Source: Lepidodermella squamata (taxonomy: Eukaryota > Animalia > Gastrotricha). Taken from it: a stretch of 64,000 nt of DNA. The translations under genes were made by a program, and so were the position numbers. Shown piece after piece: positions 26,201 to 35,953 of this stretch (the stretch's first letter is position 1; the number at the start of each line of letters is the position of its first letter). The notes beneath the pieces were generated by a model, which saw only the letters and a program-made list of their open reading frames with translations, did no database searches and had not been told where the DNA came from. The DNA lies in assembly GCA_047495785.1 (NCBI GenBank), contig JBLDXI010000032.1:1922001-1986000 (forward strand), in the 5' to 3' direction.

Positions 26201-29028
26201 AGCAAAAGCACATGGGCGAAGCGATTCCCCAGGGTTGGCTTACTTTGGAGACAGATTTGACGTCGAAACGGAAAAACAAAAAAGACGAAGCCAACGAGTC
26301 TTCCATCTTAATGATTGATGAAGTGATGGAATTAGCAGATTCTGTCGGAATTTATGATGAGGACGAATTAGACCAGGCCTTGCAATTCTTCACAGATTTA
26401 GGGTCTATCCAGTATTTTAAAACGGACTTTTTACGCGATCGTGTCATCATCAACCCGCAATGGATCGTTGACGTTTTAGCTTGTCTGGTTTCGATCAACG
26501 ATAGTCCGATAGTTGATGGTAAGATGTATCATAAAGACCTGGCAAAAATATGGCAAAAATACCCGCTTTCACTCCATCCGTGGCTTCTTAAGTTAACTGA
26601 AGCGTTCGATTTGACTTACCCTCTTACAAATGAACCTGCATCTATCGTGGCGTGTATGTTGCCTGAAAACGCGCCGCCTGACCTAGCGTGGCCTGATTTG
26701 GAGGAAAACCCAGATTGGCGGCAAACTGAGCTAATTTTATCGTTTAAATACCTGCCAACTGGCCTTTTCAACCGTGCCCAGGTACGCATTTGCCAACTCT
26801 CAGACGCTAAAATGTGGCGGAAGGGTAGCATGCTGGTCAAAAACAAGCATATCGCTTTAATTGCTCAACCGGACGCTTCAACTGTCCACGTGAAGGTCAT
26901 TGGGCCGCGGCCGGATAACATCTCATTTTTGATACTCGAAGTGTTCGATAATTTGATAAACGAATCATTCAACGGCCTTCATTGCGAGTACAAGTTCGCA
27001 TGCCCAGAGTGCGTTAATGCAAGGGCTAGCCAAGTGTCCATGTTTGAAAGGTCGCGAATAAGACGCGCGACTGAACTTCACATTCCAACTATCCAATGCT
27101 TTCACTATTTCCATCAAATCCCGACCAGAGAATTGAGGCAGATGCTACCAGCTGAAAATGTCGGCGATTTCGACTATCAGCTGAGTCGAACTGTTCAGCA
27201 GTTATCAGGGATAAAGAATTCAGTCGCGAATGATGTTTTAATCATCGGTAGTTCTGCCGATAACACCGAAAATTCGCATGAATTTGTTGGAATCGACGAA
27301 ATAGCGAAAAATCTTTGTGAAAATTTGCCGGATTTGAAAATCAACTCAATTAATAACCCGGATTCGATGCAATTCGAGCAAATCAGTTTGTTGATTCGCT
27401 CATCGCGGGTTGTCGTCTGTTGCCTTTCTCCTAATTTTCTCCTCAGTGAACATTGCCAAGCAGCCCTTTTGAGTGCAAGAGAAACTCTGAGGAAGCCTCT
27501 TGTCATCGTTTTACTCCGAGATTTGGACATTCAAGCCAGCGATGCGTTAGCTTTCACAATCGGCGACCAGGTCTACGTTAAAGCCATTAATAGAGGCCGA
27601 TATAAGCCGCTTGATGTGGCTGAAATTGTCAAAATGCGGCTGAGGGAGGCGGAGCGGGTTTCATCGGCCGGTCGGGCCCGTCATCCGCCTATTTTCATCT
27701 CCTATTGCTGGCTTAATAGCAAAGACGCGATTGAACGAGGCTCGAAAGCGAAAGAAGGATCTGTTGGCGTAACAGACCCAAGGTACCTGAAACGTTATCT
27801 GGTCGAAAAGGGCTATGAATGTTGGATTGATATTGAACAGGTCGGTCGGAATGGGTTGTTTGAGGACATTGCGGTCGGCCTGCGTCATGCTCGTTGCGTG
27901 ATTGTTTGCGTCTCTGACGAGTACGTCGAGTCGAAAAATTGCTTACGTGAGTTTCGTTTTGCAACCTCAGCGTGTACTGTCCCGATTATTCTATGCGTTG
28001 TTGGCACTGGAATCGCCTGGAAGCAGTCCGAGGTTAACCTGGTTTTACCTCCCACAGCTCCTGTCATCCATTTTCAGTTCGATTCACCTGCTAATTACGA
28101 TAAGTTAGTCTCAGCTGTTGAGCAAATTCTGGGCAAAAAAGTGGATGAGGCTAAACAACCAGCTAACTTAGCTAGTCTAGGCCGAAATAAAACGATGGAG
28201 GAGATTAAAATGTCCCATGCGGACCAGGCTATTTCCAGCCGAGAAACCTTCACGGATGTTTACCGAGAAATTCGCGAGCTTGAACAGCGACGATTTCTGC
28301 GTCAAATCGCCTCGTTTTCCGAACAAACAACGTGCCCTCGGCTAGTTGTAATTGATGTCGACGAAACTAGCTCGCCTGTTCATAGCGAAGCTGATCCGTC
28401 ATTAGCATCGAAAATTTTCCGTTTTAGTAAGCTTTCATGGTGTTTGAAGTTTCTGTGTGAAAACGAGGATGGTTGGCATTATACCGATAATTCGTTGCCT
28501 ATCGACGCTGATAAGGTGGATGATTTGATTTCGAGGAGTGCGCCGTATTTGGGCCGAGTTTTTTCACTGATGAAACACTCCGATAACCCTCCGCGGCTCA
28601 TGTCAGCCAAGGACCCGGCATTGAGTGAGGTATACGAAACCGCACTGCAAGAAATCGAGAAAATGAAAAAGTTCGAGGAAAGTTTCGAGGCGGATTATCA
28701 TCACTTGGTTCAATTCGCTGTTAAAGTCAATGATCAAGCTACTCTTGGCGGCTTGCGGCTTTGTCAGTTAGCTGTTGGAAAAGAACTTTGGCTTTGCAGC
28801 GAGCATTCAGAAGCGATGAAATCGAAGCTGAAAGGGGTTTCGAGTGATGTTAAGCGCCGGAATAAGAATGCGGACGCGATGACCGGTATCGGCATGGGCG
28901 ACAGCTTCACTGTGAAACATCAGCCGATCAAAGTAGATGCACCCGGTAGACCATTTTCTTCATTGTCGACCAGTGGCAGAGCGCAGTCAGCTAAAGCAAA
29001 AACTAGTCGAGCATGTATTTTGCAATAA
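20204..29028 (+). CDS. Roco3: WH2-LRR-pseudoROC/COR-MBT-like-LRR-ROC-COR-TIR-TIR protein with CaaX (CILQ)
   Basis: ATG 20204 (MSKGPPKAP..) is followed by five short in-frame introns, the last at 21160-21205, and a 7.8-kb terminal exon (ORF 21184-29028) with intact ROC G1-G4 motifs, COR and two TIRs. AATAAA at 29091-29096. Confidence 0.9.
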
Positions 29029-29315
29029 CTGCTATAATGCCAATTTTACTGTGATTTTCTGTGGAAATGTGAGGCTGTGATATCTGAAATAATAAATTTG
29101 TTAGTTTTGATGAATAATGTGATCATCGTTTACTCCTATTTTTCTATTTTTTATGTTATTGTATATTTTCGTTTTGTTTCGTTCTTTGTTGCAGATATTT
29201 TCAACTTTTTTTTAGCCGGTGAATGTTTTTACATTTTATTGTAGATTCTATTCTATTTCCCTTCCCATTTTTCTGTTCTAGTTTTTTATAAAAATTAAGA
29301 AAAAGTAACTCTTGG

Positions 29316-29460
29316 ATGGGTTGCGGCTTTAGTCCACGTCCACGTGCAAAGATTTCGACTCTGAACGCGAGGTTCTTCTCAAGAAAGTCTTACCTGATTT
29401 GAGAGTTTGGTGCCATCGAGACGTCTTCATCTTATCGAATGTTTTCAGCGCCGGGTTTGC
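29316..29460 (+). pseudogene. Deleted 5' stub of the DUF4062-STAND gene (paralogous to 63288+)
   Basis: gtaactcttggATGGGTTGCGGC, then aaagatttcgactctgaacgcgag..ctgatttgagagtttggtgcc..tcttcatcttatcgaatg, matches 63288-63610 with a large internal deletion and frameshifts. Confidence 0.85.
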
Positions 29461-29499
29461 TATTTCATATTTTGTTTGAATTTTATCTTGAATTTTACC

Positions 29500-30392
29500 T
29501 TGTCACGATATCATTGCTTTCCGCGAAATATTGGTTAGATGCGATCGCGTTTTTTGTTGTTGCAAAAGTCGCGCAAATACCAAAAAGAGACTGGTTTTCA
29601 TACCTTCGAATTCACTGAAGAGCGGATAAGATAAAAGTTGGGTTAAAAAACAAGCGAATACACACAAAATCAAATAAGCAAGTCAAGAAGACAGTATAGT
29701 GCCATGTTTCTCGGAAGTTCCTTGTAATTAGCCTTCACAAAAGCTGATGGGCCTTGCAACAAAATCGAGGCAAAATAATTATAGGGGAAAGTTTTCACAA
29801 AGTCGCCAATGCTGTTTCTGAAGGCAAATCGTCTTTCAGTGGCTGAATATCCCGCAACAAGAGCTAGCAAATAATTCCAATTCGAGGACCGGGGAATTTG
29901 GGGGCTTGTATCAATTTTCAACAAAGTTTTGGCCGCGCGCGCTGATGTCAAATGCCTACTTCCCAATATCGCGGCGGATTTTATACCGAAATAAAATATA
30001 AACATTTCTCTGTCAAATGAATGGGGCTTCTCGCGCGAAAAATAACAATGAAGCCTTTACACCTAGTATTGAGTCCGAATAAACCAGTGGTTTTCGTGGT
30101 CACGATTTGATCTTGAGCAGGCGGGCGGTTTATTATTAAACCAACTTGTCGCGTTGTCGCGCCCCAAAACAGACGATTTTCACCCTCGCGAAGCTACACG
30201 CGACAAAATTCATTGTTCTTTCTGTCGCTCGCTGTAACGCGAAGGCCGCCCAGCCCTATTGTTCGGGCGCCTGTCGCGTCGCCAAGTCCGTGAACACCTT
30301 ATCGTTTCGTTGCGCGCGACATTGATGCGAAATCGCCAATTCCGTGTACAATTGCGCGACTGTCGCGCTACAAATCGCGAGTCCTTGAACGC
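29500..30392. mobile_element. Probable truncated non-autonomous DNA transposon (Harbinger-like end, tgtcgcg-rich)
   Basis: Dense tgtcgcg/cgcgaca motifs like the MITE at 45606-46411. The right end tacaaatcgcgagtccttgaacgcag resembles that MITE's terminus (gacaaatcgcgcattagtgaatccag). No matching left TIR or TSD was found. Confidence 0.4.
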
Positions 30393-30893
30393 AGAGTCAG
30401 ATAATTTGATGTAGTATAATGTAGGAGTGGGCTTAGAGGTTCATGTTGTTGTGACACCACCACGCCGGCTTCGACTCCCTTCGCGCCCACCGCCAGGGGC
30501 TGATGTTGAAGAACCAGGGGGTGTGAATGAGAGTTGTTGGCAGTGAATGGCCATCTTTACTGCCGTTTTCGTTTCATCTGAAAGGTTTTAAAATTAGAAT
30601 GCACTTTGTTTTCACGATTCTATCTTATCACCCTCAGGCCAAATCCTTGTCGGACCGCTGCTGGTGCTCCATGATGTAAGCAGTTCCATATCAATGTTCG
30701 ATTTCGATGTGGATAGCGTATTTGTGATTCACATCAACCTTCGTGCCGCATGGCTCGGTCTTGACTTTACTGCAATTTAGCTAGCGTACTCGGCGCTGCC
30801 TGACCCAACGTGATATCGCCGTAGTTTTAATGGCTAGATACCAGTACATTAGCCATCATGACCGCCGTCCTTCGATCGACTTCAGCTAGCCTC

Positions 30894-31179
30894 AGCGCGT
30901 AAAGCCCTCTTCTCGCCTTTGGCGCGCCGGCCAGTCGATAGCGTCGCGATTCGCGATGAGGAGAAGCTTCAAGACGAACATGTAAATAGCGTCTATGCTA
31001 TCGGTTAAGTTCATCAACCGATTCCTAGTCAACCAACGAACTGGGGCGCCGCGAATTTCAACCGTATTCCGGCCGTTGCACTTTGAACGTGACAAAGTCT
31101 GGATTATTTGCCGGTTTGCGGCTTCCATAGTCATCGTCACGTATCGTCATCGTCGCATCGTCACGCATCAGTGTCGCTG
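30894..31179 (+). pseudogene. Adenylate cyclase (AC9-like) relic, part 1 (pre-C1a segment)
   Basis: Frameshifted translations RAGQSIASRF / EEKLQDEHVNSV / VFRPLHFERDKVWI-(L)FA-.-CGF resemble AC9-type KVGQS..EKALKERMIHSVMP..FRPF....VSILFADIVGF. Confidence 0.5.
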
Positions 31180-34100
31180 ATATCGATGATTTTGCGCTAA
31201 AGCCGACCAACAAGAAAAAAATTCCTATACAGAGTACTGCGCACAATAAGAAGTACTACGCGCGCATAATATTATAAGATATACTTATAGCCCGCATTCT
31301 GTGTGAAAAAAATGAATGTACTGGACAAATGACCAACAAATATAAGTGCGCTTTTGTGGATGTTACCATGAAATCTTCTGCTTACCTGGTAGAGAACTGT
31401 CGAAAGTATCAGGAAATCGATAGAAAAGCATGTGCAACCGTGGGTTATTCACCGCTAGGCGACTTGAAAATGATCTGAAAGCGCAAAAACCTTGGAAAAA
31501 TGCACCCACTGGTGTCTTGAGCGGCGTTTCTGCGAAAACCAAAATGGGTTCACCCACAGTTTTTCACATTCCCTAGCCGAGCACATGGATAGCTTATTAG
31601 GGAAGTAAGAAATAGCCAGTTAATATGGAGGACATCCACGGCTTTTCAGTATTTTCCCTCCCGGCTTGAAAATCGTGGAAAAAGCGAAAATTGTATGTTT
31701 TTAGTCGCTCTTATCTCGAAAACACCCATGGTTGCACCATAGCTTTTTGTAGTCAAATAGGAGAAGGCACTAGGAGGAAGGTTTTAACAGGGAAAACAGC
31801 AAGAACCACCCCAACTTATCCAAGACTTTTTCGTCCTGATTAGCACTCACTACGTCACACCCAACACCTCGAAAATGCATGGCCTGGCGTCTTTTGGGGC
31901 ATTGCTGCAAGAAAGAGCATGGGTTCAACCACAGTTTTTCACGTTCTTTAGTAGAGCACAAGAAGATCTTACTCAGGAAGTAAGAAATTGCCAGTAAATG
32001 CGGTGTTTATCCACGGGTTAAGAGTCTTTTCTCTCCACATCCGATTCAAGTCCGAATCGAAGAGAAAGTGAGGATTTTTCATCTTTCATGGCACTTATCT
32101 TGAAAAAACCCATGGCTGCACCATAAGTTTTTGTATTCAAACAGTAGAGGAGATTGAGAAGAAGGTTTCAAAAGAGAAAACAGCACGAACCACGACAACT
32201 TATCCACGACTTTTTCGCCTTGATGGACAATCACATTTTAAGCTCAAAATCGAACTTCAAAACTGGGCTATTCACCTTACCTTACGCGGCAGAGCCCTTA
32301 TTTCACCTGTAACAAGTTGAATGAAGCGCATACTTCTTATAAAATAGCAAATATGCGGGTGCTACCATGATTTGCCATGATTTTCCATTCGGTCCCAGAC
32401 CGCGGTAACAAGACGGTTATGGTAAGGAGTCATCCGATTTCAATTTCTCAATGAAGTCATGGTATCTATGGACTGACGTATTAAAGATGCATTTTCGATC
32501 ATTTTTATCAACGGTAATTGCTTCCTTGTATCTGGTGCGTCGTTCTTTTCGTATTCTCAAAAACTTCCATGCAAGTTGCAACTTGATTTTGCTCATTCCT
32601 TTTGCGAATGCTCCTTATGGAGCGCTAATTGCTGGGCTCAACTTAGCTTTTGTTATCCTTCCATTTGTAGGGTGTAGAGTGGAGTGTGGTTCGGAAGTGC
32701 AAGAAGCCGTGGATAATAACAATTTGAATCAGCATTTCACCTCCAAAGAAAGATTGCCTTGTTCCCCTCATTAGAAGGAAATGAGAGAAAACTTGGCTTA
32801 CATAGTCTGAGTGATAGAGGAAAAGAAAAACCGCCGACAGCGCCATCTGCTTCATCATGTCGGTGTATTGTGTGGTATTCAAGAGAATCAGCTGGAGTGA
32901 ACACTTTTGCAACGATGGATCGAAACTTTTTCAAGTCGGATTAGCGGTTGTTATAGAAAGAAAAGATGTTCCTTGAAACCTCTATCGACGGAGCGGTCGA
33001 CAGTAGGTGGGTCAATCGCACAATAGAGGCCGGCGCGGGACACGCAAGAAATCGTTTGTGTTGTGCAATAATGTAGCTTAACGACAGCATTCTCTTCCGG
33101 CAGACTCCCGTAGCCCGATACCTCCACGCCCATCTCTAGCTTTTCTAGACGATCGTTTTGCACTCGTTGAGAGTCCGCTTTCGACGACAGCAGGGCGTAC
33201 GCGACGCGACCCAACGTTTGCCGTGAATTACGTTGCCCGCTACCGCCACGGGGAGGCTGCCGTTGTCGCTTGAACAGCAGTCAGCTCTACGATCTAACAC
33301 TCATTTTGGTAATTTTGTCAATAGGGCTTTCCATATTAGCAGTGTGGAACTTTAGCTCAGGGGATGGAAGGTTTTAGCGAACTGAATCGTTCAACCAAAC
33401 AATGGCTGAAACTCGAAGGCGAGAGAATTAGCCGGTGGCTAGTAGTACAGCCTCGCATGTAGGCACTCATACCGCTGCAAAATCCAGTCCAAGGGCCAAC
33501 CGAGGCCGCTACAATGAATCGCTACAATGAATGAGGGCCATTGTGGGCCATTACGGTGATACTTTTCCGCGTTCACGGAACAGTGTGATGAAATCAACAA
33601 CAGTATAGGTATGATACCATTCTATCAGAATCCTTCCAGATCAAAGAAAAACCAACTCGGGTTGTTACTTCTGCTATCATCTCACGAAGAGCACTCCGTA
33701 TGAGCAATTAGAGACCTAATGGTTTCACCCCCAAAATGTCTGGGATACGATCTAAGTGAAGGCGGGTGTCGATAATTACGATGGGAAACGCATCTTTACT
33801 ACGCAGGTCAACGGAAATCGGACTCCTTACCATAACCGTCTTGTTACCGCGGTCTGGGACCGAATGGAAAATCATGGCAAATCATGGTAGCACCCGCATA
33901 TTTGCTATTTTATAAGAAGTATGCGCTTCATTCAACTTGTTACAGGTGAAATAAGGGCTCTGCCGCGTAAGGTAAGGTGAATAGCCCAGTTTTGAAGTTC
34001 GATTTTGAGCTTAAAATGTGATTGTCCATCAAGGCGAAAAAGTCGTGGATAAGTTGTCGTGGTTCGTGCTGTTTTCTCTTTTGAAACCTTCTTCTCAATC

Positions 34101-35072
34101 TCCTCTACTGTTTGAATACAAAAACTTATGGTGCAGCCATGGGTTTTTTCAAGATAAGTGCCATGAAAGATGAAAAATCCTCACTTTCTCTTCGATTCGG
34201 ACTTGAATCGGATGTGGAGAGAAAAGACTCTTAACCCGTGGATAAACACCGCATTTACTGGCAATTTCTTACTTCCTGAGTAAGATCTTCTTGTGCTCTA
34301 CTAAAGAACGTGAAAAACTGTGGTTGAACCCATGCTCTTTCTTGCAGCAATGCCCCAAAAGACGCCAGGCCATGCATTTTCGAGGTGTTGGGTGTGACGT
34401 AGTGAGTGCTAATCAGGACGAAAAAGTCTTGGATAAGTTGGGGTGGTTCTTGCTGTTTTCCCTGTTAAAACCTTCCTCCTAGTGCCTTCTCCTATTTGAC
34501 TACAAAAAGCTATGGTGCAACCATGGGTGTTTTCGAGATAAGAGCGACTAAAAACATACAATTTTCGCTTTTTCCACGATTTTCAAGCCGGGAGGGAAAA
34601 TACTGAAAAGCCGTGGATGTCCTCCATATTAACTGGCTATTTCTTACTTCCCTAATAAGCTATCCATGTGCTCGGCTAGGGAATGTGAAAAACTGTGGGT
34701 GAACCCATTTTGGTTTTCGCAGAAACGCCGCTCAAGACACCAGTGGGTGCATTTTTCCAAGGTTTTTGCGCTTTCAGATCATTTTCAAGTCGCCTAGCGG
34801 TGAATAACCCACGGTTGCACATGCTTTTCTATCGATTTCCTGATACTTTCGACAGTTCTCTACCAGGTAAGCAGAAGATTTCATGGTAACATCCACAAAA
34901 GCGCACTTATATTTGTTGGTCATTTGTCCAGTACATTCATTTTTTTCACACAGAATGCGGGCTATAAGTATATCTTATAATATTATGCGCGCGTAGTACT
35001 TCTTATTGTGCGCAGTACTCTGTATAGGAATTTTTTTCTTGTTGGTCGGCTTTAGCGCAAAATCATCGATAT
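31180..35072. mobile_element. Foldback-type element, 3893 bp, with 1252-bp inverted arms (31180-32431 / 33821-35072) and a 1389-bp loop
   Basis: The arms are reverse complements with coordinate symmetry (sum 66252) at every checked point. Mirrored ORFs 31770-31961(-)/34291-34482(+) and 31363-31557(-)/34695-34889(+) translate identically. Termini are ATAT-CGATG...CATCG-ATAT. Confidence 0.92.
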
Positions 35073-35250
35073 TTTGCAATGGATAGTTCGTTTGAGAATT
35101 TCGATAAAATTTGCGCGATAACCGCACTAAAGCGTATTTCAACTCATGGCGATAACTATTTCGCCGTTGCTGGTTGTGCCGATTCGCACCCTGAATATGC
35201 GCATCGCTGCGGGTAGACTGGCCGGGCCATGAAAGCGTTGCCGAAAAATC
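35073..35250 (+). pseudogene. Adenylate cyclase (AC9-like) relic, part 2 (C1a catalytic segment)
   Basis: Translates FENFDKICAITALKRISTHGDNYFAVAGCADSHPEYAHRCG*TGRAMK, which aligns with the AC9-type FGRFDRLC....[32 protein letters not shown]. Contains an in-frame stop. Confidence 0.7.
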
Positions 35251-35255
35251 GGAGT

Positions 35256-35315
35256 GAAATGGTTGAACTTGGCCAATCAAGGTTTCTTAAGCAGATTTCT
35301 GAATTTCCCGGCTCT
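35256..35315 (+). pseudogene. 60-bp remnant of the Roco2 3' coding region
   Basis: 55/60 nt identical to 19220-19279 (EMIELGQSRFLKQISEFPSS), followed by AT-rich sequence resembling the Roco2 3' UTR. Confidence 0.85.
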
Positions 35316-35514
35316 TCAATAAATATTTTCTTTTTTTGTAAGATTTTTTATTGTTTAAAAATTGAATGCTATCGAAAACAGTAAAGTCTCTTTTCTTCAT
35401 CTACCGTATTCCGTAAAATTGCGAGTTAATAGAAATATCAGTTGTAGATGACCACAAATAAATGTGCGAATTTGACTTGAAGGAGGAAAAGGCAAATAAT
35501 CCTAAACATTTTTA

Positions 35515-35836
35515 TTTGAGGAGTTCGACATCACTGTCGTCAGTGATGCCGGCGGGTTCAGGGGCGGGCTCTTCATCTTCGGACTCGCTTTCGAGGATTT
35601 GGCGCAGTCGAGAATGAAATTCGGTGATGTCTTAGGCCTTAGGAGTCTCCTATTAGCTTCAAAATGACGCCATAATCACTTGTGATGCTGAAAAGTGAGT
35701 GCCATTACAGCATTAATCATCATGATTGAAATTTCAAAAAATTCCCAATTTACTCCATCCATTATTGGCGGACCGGTGTCCACCGGGTTATAGTTGCATG
35801 CCAGCTCGCTTCTTGTATAACGGCAGTGAGACAGTT
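35515..35836 (-). mobile_element. Possible truncated 5' end of a piggyBac-like element
   Basis: The minus strand begins actgtctcactgcc (piggyBac-like end) and encodes a broken acidic peptide RLRQILESESEDEEPAPEPAGITDDSDVELL resembling piggyBac transposase N-termini. No catalytic region or partner TIR. Confidence 0.25.
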
Positions 35837-35953
35837 TTGCAAGGGAATACGGTTTGACTTTTTCTCTTCTCGTCGCATAGATTCGCTGTTTTAGGTTCCT
35901 TTTTTTAATTTTGTTTTATTTCATGTTTATAAAATAGGGCTCTAAATCTTGAA

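Noticed and set aside
30430-30760. Minus-strand exon-intron-exon-like fragment
   Set aside because: Contains stops and no identifiable homology; too weak to call.
32432-33820. Transposase in the foldback loop
   Set aside because: Only short, interrupted ORFs; I could not recognise a DDE or DNA-binding motif.
31363-34889. Identical mirrored ORFs in the foldback arms (and the related ORF 2848-3273) as genes
   Set aside because: They lie in repeat arms, start at non-ATG codons or are not frame-conserved between copies, and have no recognisable motif.
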